Shown: positions 36,889 to 45,926 of the stretch, in pieces
How positions within the stretch are numbered: the stretch's first letter is position 1
How the letters are laid out: each line of letters starts with the position of its first letter
Position numbers and translations under genes: made by a program
Notes under the pieces: model-generated
Seen by the model: only the letters and a program-made list of their open reading frames with translations
Told to the model about the DNA's origin: nothing
Database searches by the model: none
From: Thermoplasmatota archaeon
GTDB taxonomy: Archaea > Thermoplasmatota > UBA186 > UBA287
Direction of reading: 5' to 3'
DNA: 61,537 bases
Assembly: GCA_034190325.1 (NCBI GenBank)
Contig: JAXHST010000081.1
Coordinates: 1 to 61,537, forward strand

Positions 36889-38355
36889 TCACCATCTTGT
36901 TACTCTTTGGAGATCTCTGCGAGCCTTTGTGTAAATAAGGACCTCCAGCAGAGCAAAAAGTGCTACCATACCTATTCTTCCTGCCCATATGTAAATATTG
37001 GACTGTGCCAGGTATTGTGGAGCACTGGTTGCTAACCAGCCAACAAGCAGAAAGATGAGGTATACTGGGGTAATATATTTCATTATATAGAATATTCCTT
37101 TGGGCAATCTTATTTTCCCACCCCTGTTCAGCTCTTCCAGTGCATTTGCGCCAAAAGACAATACGAACAGAAGGACCTCTAATAAAGAAACGACGACGAG
37201 AAGAAGTGAACCCGCCCAGAAATCCATGTCATCAAATACGCCCTGGTGATAGAAAAGTACTGGCAGGTTAGAAAAGAGAAAAACCAGGGCAATTGTTATA
37301 GTGACGCTCTTTACCCTTGGCGCCTTAAATTCGTCCTGCAGGAATGATATAAAGGGCTGAAGAAGGCTGACTATTGTTGTGATACCTGCAATGAATAAAA
37401 GAAGGAACCATATGACACCAAAAGCTCTGCCTCCAGGCATGAACTCCATAACCTTTGGCATGGCAATGAAAGCAAGGTTGTATCCCTCTGTCATCTCAGC
37501 GCTTATAGAGCCGAAAAAGAAGAATATCGCAGGTATCGCTATGCATCCCCCAAATACAACCTCGCAGATCTCGTTGAGCAGCGTTTGAATCATAGGCCCC
37601 CGGGCAATATCCTCATTCTCTCCCATATAGCTGGCATATGCTGGTATCTGTGCTTGCCCCAGTGATAGGGTAAAGAATATCTGCCCTGTAGCCATGAGCC
37701 ATACGTTCCAGTTTTTGAGCAACCCCCAATCAGGCTTCCATATATAACTCAGGCCTTCTAATGCCGTGGGTCCTAAAGTTAGGACCCTTACTGTCAATAT
37801 TATCGCAAATACGAAAAGGAGGGGCATTGTTATTTTAACCATCTTTTCTATGCCTCCAGATATGCCTTTAGCAAGTATTATGAATACTATGATGAGCACA
37901 ATGATATAGAGCAGATAGGATGAGTAGAACATGCTTCCACCTCCTGTATAATCGTAGAGGAATGCTGAAGTATCGCTTCCAAAGTACGTACCTAAAGCTG
38001 AGAAAATAGAATAACCTAAACCCCATGAGGATACGTAGGTGTAATAAGAGGCTATCACAAGAGCTACAAATAACCCTATAGCCCCGAGATATCTGGCGCT
38101 CTTTTTTCCAGAGATCTCTGAGAATATCTCAGGCAGAGAGCCATGTCCCCTGGCTCCTGCATATCTGCCTATTGCCCATTCAACCCATAGGGTTGGTAAA
38201 CCCAGAAGGAAAAGAGCTATGAAATAAGGGATCATGAAGCTTCCGCCAGCCTTTGCGATCTGGCTAGGAAACCTGACAAAGTTACCCAGGCCTACAGCTG
38301 AGCCCGACATTGCAAGTATCATCCCGATCCTTGAGCCCCACTTTTCTCTTGCCAT
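36889..38355 (-). CDS. Sodium-dependent neurotransmitter/solute symporter (SNF/NSS family)
   Basis: N-terminal hallmark WGSRIGMILAMSGSAVGLGNFVRFP..GGSFMIPY; 488 aa, 11-12 TM. Confidence 0.85.
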   Translation of the reverse strand: MAREKWGSRIGMILAMSGSAVGLGNFVRFPSQIAKAGGSFMIPYFIALFLLGLPTLWVEWAIGRYAGARGHGSLPEIFSEISGKKSARYLGAIGLFVALVIASYYTYVSSWGLGYSIFSALGTYFGSDTSAFLYDYTGGGSMFYSSYLLYIIVLIIVFIILAKGISGGIEKMVKITMPLLFVFAIILTVRVLTLGPTALEGLSYIWKPDWGLLKNWNVWLMATGQIFFTLSLGQAQIPAYASYMGENEDIARGPMIQTLLNEICEVVFGGCIAIPAIFFFFGSISAEMTEGYNLAFIAMPKVMEFMPGGRAFGVIWFLLLFIAGITTIVSLLQPFISFLQDEFKAPRVKSVTITIALVFLFSNLPVLFYHQGVFDDMDFWAGSLLLVVVSLLEVLLFVLSFGANALEELNRGGKIRLPKGIFYIMKYITPVYLIFLLVGWLATSAPQYLAQSNIYIWAGRIGMVALFALLEVLIYTKARRDLQRVTRW

Positions 38356-38528
38356 ATGCCTAAAAAGCTTGTACTTTACTTATAGGTTACGGTAAGGCAG
38401 ATCACGATAAAAGGACAAGGATGAAAAGGTTTTACCTTTGTATGAAACCAGAAAGGGTCCTTAACGTCCTCGGGTACATAGGCGTAATGTTCATGACATA
38501 CGGCTTTCTTTCCCTGATCCTAATAGTA
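38279..38528. repeat. Direct repeat copy A (~250 bp): 5' end of the SNF gene, shared promoter region and 5' end of trkH
   Basis: Aligns without indels to 42651..42900 at a constant offset of 4372 nt. I count about 10 mismatches (~96% identity). Confidence 0.9.
38421..38525 (+). pseudogene. Truncated 5' fragment of trkH (first ~35 codons) in repeat copy A
   Basis: MKRFYLCMKPERVLNVLGYIGVMFMTYGFLSLI... parallels the start of the intact trkH at 42793. Homology stops at about 38525, where DctM-like sequence begins. Confidence 0.7.
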
Positions 38529-39355
38529 TCCACAGTCACAATATGGTCATATACTCTATGGCTGCAGGTGGTGTTTCAATAGGCGCTCTATTCATGGCCG
38601 GGATCATACCGGGAATAATTCTGGGCGTCTTTCTTATGATGCTCGCATACATCATAGCAAAAAAAAGGAGCTACCCTGTGGGTAAGAGGTTTGAAGTAAG
38701 GAATCCTGAGAGGACAATAATCGAAACTGTTCTGGGACTTCTTACCATAGTGATAATCCTTGGCGGGATACTCTCAGGCTTTTTCACAGCAACAGAAGCC
38801 TCAGCTGTTGCTGTTGTGTTGCATTTCTTGTTTCTGCTTTTGTATTCAGAAGAGAGCCGCTGCGTGATTTTCCAGATACGTTCCTGAGAGCTGGCAAAAC
38901 AACTGTTCTTGTGCTGTTTCTGATAGCAAATGCTGCTGCATTTGGTTGGCTGTTATCCTATCTGAACGTCCCAGGACGTTTTGCTTCTGCCCTTATGGGA
39001 ATAACTGAAAACCCATTTGTTTTGCTTCTTGTCATAAATTTGATTCTCCTTCTTTTCGGTATCTTTATGGATATGGCGCCTCTGATAATAATAACCACAC
39101 CAATTTTCTTACCAATAGTAACCCAGCTTGGCATGAGCCCCGTTCACTTTGGCATAGCGCTTCTGCTGAATCTATCTATAGGCCTGTGTACCCACCTGTA
39201 GGAAATACTTTGTTTGCAGGATGTGCTGTTGGAGGCGTAAGCATTGAAGAGGAGACAAAGGCTATGTGGCCTTTTTATATGGCGATGATCATTGTCCTGC
39301 TCTTTGTAACCTACGTGCCATGCCTATCAATGTGGCTTCCCGGCATAACTATGTA
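38519..39355 (+). pseudogene. 5'-truncated, twice frameshifted TRAP transporter large permease (DctM) remnant
   Basis: DctM C-terminal-half motifs spread over three frames: MVIYSMAAGGVSIGALFMAGIIPG...TATEASAVAVV / LFLIANAAAFGWLLSYLNVP...FMDMAPLIIITTPIFLPIV..GMSPVHFGI..LNLSIGLCT / PPVGNTLFAGCAVGGVSIEE..WPFYMAMIIVLLFVTYVP..SMWLP*. No DctQ or DctP nearby. Confidence 0.7.
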
Positions 39356-39535
39356 AGCTTCTGTAAGGTTCAATCCTTTTTGCATCCGACTTGTTTATTG
39401 GTTTGTTTCTTTTTCCTCTCTTATTGCATGATACTGCATGCGTTCAGTAGCTAAAACCATTTCCATCTCAAAACCAGAAAATATCAAAAGTCTCAAAATC
39501 GTAAAGTATAAGTATGAAAACGATATATTTAGATT

Positions 39536-40861
39536 ATGGTGAGGATGACGCATTTTGAGGTACTTGCGCTGGCTGTGGTGCTCCTGGCAACTGTGCTTCC
39601 GTTAAGTGCAGTTGAAGCTCAAAAGTCTGCTTATGGGCAAGATAAAGTGTTTGGTATCGATGAAAGCAGCTTTGCATTTGAGGAAAGAAATGGCGAGACA
39701 ATCGTTGGAACTTTATATACTCCTATAACCCTCTATGAAGAAAAATTACCAGCCATCGTTTTCGTGGGTGGTTTGTGGACAAGAGTTGAAGATTATACCT
39801 GGATAACGAGAAGACTGGCTTCAGATGGTTACATTGTTTTATCCATGCAGCCAGAAGGACAGGACGAATCAACTGGTACTGTTCAGGCACCAGAGCTCAT
39901 GGACTGGGTGAACAACACCCAGGATGCAATAACTGCACTAATCTCGGCAGAAGGCAAGATAATTGATAAAGAAAGGATAGGTGTTGCCGGGCACTCCTGC
40001 GGAGCTTTTGCTGCCCTGGTTACGGGACTTATAGATAATAGAGTAAAAGCAGTCGTTTCTCTGGCTCCAATAAACTTTTTCTTGCCTCAGGCTACAGATT
40101 TTGCTGATTCAGATCATGAAGCGGCTATCCAGATTCAGGATGGCCCGGCAGATTTTCTTACAGCAATTCCGACTAATGCAATACGTATTTACAATGAATT
40201 GAACGGGATAAAAGAGCTCATAACTATTACAGGTGCGCTCGAATCTCATGAAATGTTTGTCAATCTGGATATTGCGGGTATGCCATGGGATAAGAAGATC
40301 TCTTACAATTATGCAAAAGCGTGGTTTGACTATTACCTTAAAAACGAGCAGGCTGCCTTTGATGTTATAACCACGCCAACTGAAGAACTATCTATAATAT
40401 GCGGACTGGTGTACGATCTTGGTGATGGAATAAAAAATGATTTTTCCGTGGTGGGGCCTTCTTCGATCCTGTTCAAATTAACAACTGAGATAGAGCAAAT
40501 AATAACTTACCCGAGGGAGATGGTGCTCAACACACGAATCATCAAGGTGTTTATCAGAAACATACTGGCATTCCTGGTAGATGGCGTTGTTTATCAACTG
40601 GGAAGACAAACTTCTGCGGTAAAATATCTATTTTCATTATCTGTCATTCTTCCCATAATGGGAATAAATGAAAATGCATTAGATTCTAACCTGCGTTTCC
40701 TGTTGAAACCACTTTGCGCATTAACAGATTTGATGATGATGTTTTTCTGGCAGACGACGTGGTGGACTATCTGGGTTGTGGGAGCTCTTCTGTTGTCGCC
40801 CATAATCTTTTTTGAATTTATGATTGAGGGGTGTGCACTACCAACACTGCAAAGAATATAG
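39536..40861 (+). CDS. Secreted/membrane-anchored alpha/beta hydrolase (dienelactone hydrolase / esterase-like)
   Basis: Signal peptide (LALAVVLLATVLPLSAVEAQ), nucleophile elbow GVAGHSCGAF (GxSxG), C-terminal hydrophobic segments (FFWQTTWWTIWVVGALLLSPIIFF). Confidence 0.55.
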   Translation: MVRMTHFEVLALAVVLLATVLPLSAVEAQKSAYGQDKVFGIDESSFAFEERNGETIVGTLYTPITLYEEKLPAIVFVGGLWTRVEDYTWITRRLASDGYIVLSMQPEGQDESTGTVQAPELMDWVNNTQDAITALISAEGKIIDKERIGVAGHSCGAFAALVTGLIDNRVKAVVSLAPINFFLPQATDFADSDHEAAIQIQDGPADFLTAIPTNAIRIYNELNGIKELITITGALESHEMFVNLDIAGMPWDKKISYNYAKAWFDYYLKNEQAAFDVITTPTEELSIICGLVYDLGDGIKNDFSVVGPSSILFKLTTEIEQIITYPREMVLNTRIIKVFIRNILAFLVDGVVYQLGRQTSAVKYLFSLSVILPIMGINENALDSNLRFLLKPLCALTDLMMMFFWQTTWWTIWVVGALLLSPIIFFEFMIEGCALPTLQRI

Positions 40862-41365
40862 CCCCTTGATTCCTCTATTATGGCATCAGGTCTTGCCAAT
40901 CATAGATGCCCAGATATAAGAACACAAGGAGGCTACTTTCCCTCCACGACCCTAAGAACGCTATCTTGTGTTTCTTATATATGCCATCCTCTTTTTATTT
41001 TCCATTTTCACCTCAGATCCCCACTCCGGATGATCTTTCCCAGAGTGGTTTCTCTGAGCTTGTCAGGCCATTCAGAGCCAGCGATTCATAAGGTCTTCAA
41101 CGATTGAGTGCTTGGTGAAAACACCTGTAAATAAGTATAAGTATGAATGTGCAGTTATGCCAGTGAACAAACCCATCAAATATTCTCTTAGTCCAATTTA
41201 ATCTATCTCCGGGGACTGGGGATATGTTTATACCTTTCTTCAAGAAAGAAATTATCAAAGTTTGTGCGCATAAGGTATATGCATCTGTGCCTATTTACGC
41301 CTATTGATAATCATCCCACAGTGGGTTTTTCAAAGTTCTCTATATTTTAATGGTTTATTCATTAT

Positions 41366-41372
41366 AAAAAAA
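41366..41372 (-). terminator. Oligo-T terminator candidate downstream of the DUF2804 gene
   Basis: A7 on the plus strand (T7 on the minus strand) about 20 nt after the stop at 41392-41394. Confidence 0.35.
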
Positions 41373-41391
41373 GATAGAGTTTTGTTTTCCC

Positions 41392-42573
41392 CTACCAGCG
41401 GTTGTAAACCTTTTCGGCAAATCCTAATAAATTCTGCACCTCAATCTCCTGCCCATTATCCAAAATTGCCTTTCCCGAAAAATAACCAAATACCTGATGC
41501 TGATTTGATCGGAGGATTAACGCGTTAGTATCGGAGTGACGGTCAATTATGGGTTGAAAGGTCATTTCAAACCGGGAATCATTACTGGTAAAAGTCCAGG
41601 GTTTTAGATAGCTATCTGGAGGGATATGAAATTCTACCTCTCCCAGTTTGTGGGCTTTACCTTCATAAAAAAGCATGTTTTCGGTTGCCCGGGAAGTATC
41701 TCCAAAACCATAACCGATATTAAATCCGAACGATTTATTCTCCACCATCCCCGAGGCAGACCCCCAGTACCAGGTATTAGTATATGGCCAGACTCCTCTC
41801 CCCCAATCGAGCACCCCAAAGCTATTTTTCGGTTGAAACAAAAATTTCTGCTCACCTAATGCGAGTTCTCCTTCGGCCGGCATGCAGTTAATTTTCTGGT
41901 TATAATAAAAGGCACGTTTAGATTCCGGGAAAGGGGTGGCGATGGCCATAGATTCTAAAGAAGGGGGCTGATGTAGAATGATACTTCCGCTTAAAGAATC
42001 ATTATTGCTAAAAGAGGGTATATCAACAGAGATGATCCGCTGCTCTTGGCGCCTTAAGAATTTTAGGGAAATATCTTTATTCTGAAAAACGACATCTCCT
42101 TCTTTGGAAGTGGGAGGCATATTAAAGGACCCCAAAGGGAGCAGGGTCATAGTAGTTTTGGTTATCTCTTTAGGCTCTTTAAAATCAAACAAGGTTACCG
42201 ATATAAAACCTAAATATCCGTTATCGGATATGGTAAAAGCAGCTCCGTAAGATTCGCTCAAGATGCAGTAGTAGTCCCACTCTTTTATCCTGATCTTGGG
42301 TGCCTTAATTTTTTGGCGATCGTATCTCAGTAATAAATCTTTTGCCCAGCCCGCTTGCTTAAGAGTCCCGTCTTCATTTAACAAATCTGCCGGCTCGGTA
42401 ATCTGATATTGCTCCATATTATCATTTATAGCAGTTATTTCCTCCTCACCCTCCTCTCTATTTAATATCCTGTTTATGAAATCCTTTATATTATCTCCTA
42501 TACCTCTCTGCGCCTCAACTGTGGTAAAGAGCAGCGCACACACAACAAGCACAACAAATGCTTCCCTCATCAT
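41392..42573 (-). CDS. DUF2804 family protein with signal peptide
   Basis: Signal peptide MMREAFVVLVVCALLFTTVEAQ. Core pattern IKEWDYYCILSESYGAAFTISDNGYLGFISVTLFDF and ...WYWGSASG... is typical of DUF2804. Confidence 0.6.
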   Translation of the reverse strand: MMREAFVVLVVCALLFTTVEAQRGIGDNIKDFINRILNREEGEEEITAINDNMEQYQITEPADLLNEDGTLKQAGWAKDLLLRYDRQKIKAPKIRIKEWDYYCILSESYGAAFTISDNGYLGFISVTLFDFKEPKEITKTTMTLLPLGSFNMPPTSKEGDVVFQNKDISLKFLRRQEQRIISVDIPSFSNNDSLSGSIILHQPPSLESMAIATPFPESKRAFYYNQKINCMPAEGELALGEQKFLFQPKNSFGVLDWGRGVWPYTNTWYWGSASGMVENKSFGFNIGYGFGDTSRATENMLFYEGKAHKLGEVEFHIPPDSYLKPWTFTSNDSRFEMTFQPIIDRHSDTNALILRSNQHQVFGYFSGKAILDNGQEIEVQNLLGFAEKVYNRW

Positions 42574-42650
42574 AATATGATTTATGTTTTTAACCCATTT
42601 ATATTTTTTATGTTTTTTCTCTCTTATCCACTGCCAATTGGGTTTTCCGT

Positions 42651-42727
42651 AAGTTACCCAGGCCTATAGCTGAGCCCGACATTGCAAGTATCATCCCGAT
42701 CCTTGAGCCCCACTTTTCTCTTGCCAT
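42651..42727 (-). pseudogene. Orphan 5' fragment (~25 codons) of the SNF symporter gene in repeat copy B
   Basis: MAREKWGSRIGMILAMSGSAIGLGNL, one or two substitutions away from the intact gene start at 38355. Homology ends at 42651. Confidence 0.75.
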
Positions 42728-42900
42728 ATGCCTAAAAAGCTTGTACTTTACTTATAGGTTACGGTAAGGCAGATCGCGATAAAAGGATAAGGATGAAAAG
42801 GTTTTACCTTTGTATGAAATCTGAAAGGATCCTTAACACCCTCGGGTACATAGGCGTAATGTTCATGACATACGGCTTTCTTTCCCTGATCCTGATCGTA
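42651..42900. repeat. Direct repeat copy B (~250 bp)
   Basis: See copy A. Contains a 5' SNF-gene fragment (42651..42727, minus strand), the promoter region and the start of the intact trkH. Confidence 0.9.
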
Positions 42901-44229
42901 TTCAGCTATTTTTTTGGGGAGCTTGATCTCATGAAACCTGTTTTGCCATCTTCACTCTTTTTTATTGCATCTGGCTCAGCCCTTTTTCTCTGGCTGAGAA
43001 AAAGATTTACGGCAGAGCTATCTATGAGCTCTGCTATGAGAATAGCTGCCATAATGTGGTTTGTTCTGCCTTTATTAAGCACTATACCGTTTTTGGTTGC
43101 TGGCGATCTAGATTTTGTCAGCGCCCTCTTTGAAGCAATGTCCGGCTACACAACCACTGGCTTAACTATGTATGCGGACGTAGAATCATTACCGGACAGC
43201 ATACTGTTCTGGAGATCCTTTATGCAGTGGATAGGTGGTATAGGGATATTGGCGCTTTTCATCACCATCTTCTCTTCCAGAACTCCTGTGCTAAGGAGGC
43301 TTTACACTGCGGAGGGCAGGAGCGATACTGTGAACTTCGATGTCGTAAGGACCTCAAGGACCCTCTGGCTCTTTTATTTTGTCGTTACTGCGCTCTGCTT
43401 TCTGCTTTTGTGGAACGCAGGGATGCCACTCTTTGACTCCTTAAATCATGCTTTCACATCCCTTTCTACCGGGGGCTTCTCTGTTAAGAATAGCAGCATA
43501 GGCTATTACAACAATTTATGGATTGAGATAATCCTTATGATCTTCATGATTGTAGGAGCCACAAACTTTGTCTACATGATAAATCTTATAAAATCAATTC
43601 CAAAAAGGAAAAAGCCAGCTCTAAACGTGGAGCTAGAGGGTTTTCTCATTATCCTTTTTATAGCTATCGCTTTCATCGTCTTTGTGGGGAAGATGGATCT
43701 CAGGGGAGCATCCTTCCAGGCGATTTCTGCTACGGCAACCACTGGTTTTCAGACAAGGAATTTGAACAGCTGGAGCGATTTCAACAAGGTCATGCTTAGC
43801 TTACTTATGATAGTCGGCGGATCTTCAGGCTCCACTGCTGGAGCTGTGAAGATATTCCGTGTTGAGATATTCTTCCTCTCGCTATACTGGTACTTCAGGA
43901 GGCTGGCTCTACCAAAGGATGCGGTCATCGTCCAGAGGTTCGGGGGAAAAAAGGTACAAAACGAGGAGGTTGTTCATGTGGTTCAATATATAATGATCTA
44001 TGTTCTGAGCCTTCTTGCAGGAGCTATGGTGCTGACAGCATATGGCAACCCTTTTGTAAACTCTTTTTTTGAGGCTGCTAGCGCTATAGGGAACACAGGT
44101 TTATCCGTGGGTATAACCTCTGCCGGAATGCCGACGGTAGAGAAGATCGTTCTTACAATAGAGATGTGGATAGGACGTGTTGAGATATTTCCTGTGCTTA
44201 TGCTCTTTTTCAGGGCGCGGACAGGCTAA
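42793..44229 (+). CDS. trkH: TrkH/KtrB-family potassium uptake membrane protein
   Basis: 478 aa with repeated M1-P-M2 units and selectivity-filter-like motifs (SGYTTTGL, LSTGGFS, ATTGFQT, IGNTGLSVG). Start may be Met at 42814. Confidence 0.8.
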   Translation: MKRFYLCMKSERILNTLGYIGVMFMTYGFLSLILIVFSYFFGELDLMKPVLPSSLFFIASGSALFLWLRKRFTAELSMSSAMRIAAIMWFVLPLLSTIPFLVAGDLDFVSALFEAMSGYTTTGLTMYADVESLPDSILFWRSFMQWIGGIGILALFITIFSSRTPVLRRLYTAEGRSDTVNFDVVRTSRTLWLFYFVVTALCFLLLWNAGMPLFDSLNHAFTSLSTGGFSVKNSSIGYYNNLWIEIILMIFMIVGATNFVYMINLIKSIPKRKKPALNVELEGFLIILFIAIAFIVFVGKMDLRGASFQAISATATTGFQTRNLNSWSDFNKVMLSLLMIVGGSSGSTAGAVKIFRVEIFFLSLYWYFRRLALPKDAVIVQRFGGKKVQNEEVVHVVQYIMIYVLSLLAGAMVLTAYGNPFVNSFFEAASAIGNTGLSVGITSAGMPTVEKIVLTIEMWIGRVEIFPVLMLFFRARTG

Positions 44230-44514
44230 GGCAAAAACTATCGGACATAAGAATCTTAACCGGCATAAACTTTAGCTCAGGTGAAATCCGGTAGCGGGAA
44301 TAGTGGCTTTGCTGGATCCCACATATGAGCTCTTCTGAAAAAGTTAGTTCTAAGATCTCTGGTACTTCTCCAGACACAGATCTTTAATATAGATGTTAGT
44401 ACAGGCGGCTAAAGACCATATAGATGCAGAGCTTGCTGCCGGAAAAAGGTGCGCAATCAAAGTAGGATATTATGGGCATTCGGGGGAGGCAACAGTATGT
44501 TTAGATGTGGTGTC

Positions 44515-45822
44515 TTAAGTCTTTAGATACCTTGTATTCCCCTGAAAGTTAAGCCCCTCTATCAGCCTGGAGGTTAATGCTTCCACCTCTTTATCAACAA
44601 GCTCTTTGAATGTTTCATCCTCCTTATACGCGTTTATTATCCCTTCTCTGATATACCTTTTTCCGCTTTCATCCCTGAAGTTCAGAGCAAGGTATGAATT
44701 GAATCTGAAAAATTCCTCTCCTGGGCTCTTTTCACTTTTGTTCTCTGCATTCTTTACCTGCTCCTTTACCTCCTCTGTAGCGAGCTCCCCTCTATTTTTT
44801 ATCTCTTCGCGCAGGAATCCTAGCGTATCGTTATAAGCTCTCTCAAATACACCTCTATGCCTGCTCTTGGAGAGAAGCTCAAAGATGAGCTCTATATAGA
44901 CTCCAGAGATCTTGTACTTGAGCTTTTTGTTTGTAGCCTTCAACAGAGCTTCATATGTGCCTTTTCCTTTACCGCTGTAAGGGCTTGTGCCGCTACCGGA
45001 GTGGAAACAGAGAAGAGACCCATGCCTTCTAGCTATGCTGTTCAGATCTATCATGTGCTCTTCCAGCCCGATAAGATCTCCTGTGAAATCCGTTCTTTTT
45101 CTGAAGCCTACGTTGGGAGCAACAAAGTCTACATTAAGCCCTCTTTCCCTCCACTCCTTAAGAACAAAATCCATCTCTTCTATTGCAGTCCTCTCTTTAG
45201 TCTCATCAAGGGAGATTTCAAAGCCGAAGTTTTCTTTTTTTCTGCTGATGTATTCGTAGAGATCCTGCATCACGTCAATAGCTTTCGCAAATTTTATTGC
45301 ACACCTCTTCTCAGCTGGTGTTTCATATTTGCCCACAAGATTTAGCCTCCTGAACCTATCCTCACTGTATCCTCTCTGATCAAAGAGGGCGGAAGCGTCT
45401 ATCGTAAAGAAATCTACTGCGTCTGTGCTCAGCGCTTCATCGATCTCTTTTTTGTTATACCCTATTGAGCTTTTTATCTCTTCTTCGCTTATCCTTTTTT
45501 TCTCAAAAGTTCCGGCTATCCTTTTAACAGCCATTGAAGAGGAGCCTATAATAAGATGATCTGCCTCAAGTTCTATAACAACATCTTTCTCCTGTGCAGC
45601 TCTCCTGGCTTTTGTGAGGTACTCTTTTATAGAGGTCCCTGTGTGCCCCAATGTGGGATATCCATGGGTGTTCACAACTTCTTCAAGGGCTGTCTCTCTC
45701 CCAAATGAGAGCCCCAGGGTTCCTGCTGTGCTGTTCGCTTTATAACTGTTGAGTATGCCCTCCAAAAGCACATCTGGCAATCTAATACCCGTGTACGGGT
45801 GAGGAATTTTTCCAAGGCGCAT
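44515..45822 (-). CDS. uxaE: Tagaturonate/fructuronate epimerase-like protein (UxaE family)
   Basis: 435 aa TIM-barrel-like protein. Motifs ELEADHL, FEISLDET, FHSGSG, YKISGVYIE resemble the UxaE family. Assignment by memory of the family pattern, supported by hexuronate-gene context. Confidence 0.5.
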   Translation of the reverse strand: MRLGKIPHPYTGIRLPDVLLEGILNSYKANSTAGTLGLSFGRETALEEVVNTHGYPTLGHTGTSIKEYLTKARRAAQEKDVVIELEADHLIIGSSSMAVKRIAGTFEKKRISEEEIKSSIGYNKKEIDEALSTDAVDFFTIDASALFDQRGYSEDRFRRLNLVGKYETPAEKRCAIKFAKAIDVMQDLYEYISRKKENFGFEISLDETKERTAIEEMDFVLKEWRERGLNVDFVAPNVGFRKRTDFTGDLIGLEEHMIDLNSIARRHGSLLCFHSGSGTSPYSGKGKGTYEALLKATNKKLKYKISGVYIELIFELLSKSRHRGVFERAYNDTLGFLREEIKNRGELATEEVKEQVKNAENKSEKSPGEEFFRFNSYLALNFRDESGKRYIREGIINAYKEDETFKELVDKEVEALTSRLIEGLNFQGNTRYLKT

Positions 45823-45926
45823 ATAAAAACATGGTATTTTCCATATAAATAATTAACCAGCTTGCTGGAGCGCAGGGAATTGTTAATTTATAAGTATTCA
45901 AAATACTATCAAAATAGGGAATAACT

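Noticed and set aside
39266-39454. 62 aa ORF (MAFLYGDDHCPALCN...) in the ORF track.
   Set aside because: It is out of frame with the evident DctM C-terminal reading (WPFYMAMIIVLLFVTYVP...), which ends at 39355. It is an artefact within the pseudogene.
39504-41147. Exact 15-mer AAGTATAAGTATGAA at 39504-39518 (upstream of the hydrolase gene) and at 41133-41147, both preceded by GTAAA; both lie inside the inserted segment.
   Set aside because: Roughly one or more exact 15-mer repeats are expected by chance in 61 kb, more for A/T-rich internally repetitive words. The first copy is probably just the TATA region of the hydrolase gene.
40862-41391. 530 bp spacer inside the insertion, scanned on both strands for a transposase or integrase remnant.
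   Set aside because: Only short, stop-ridden frames with no recognisable motifs were found. The ORF-track entries here (75 and 61 aa) are low-complexity. It is left as unexplained non-coding DNA, noted under the cargo finding.
44353-44383. Imperfect hairpin AGATCTCTGG-tacttct-CCAGacacAGATCT in the 285 bp spacer between convergent trkH and uxaE-like genes.
   Set aside because: The stem is short and bulged, there is no adjacent T-run, and it lies 125 nt from the trkH stop. The evidence is insufficient for a terminator or ncRNA.
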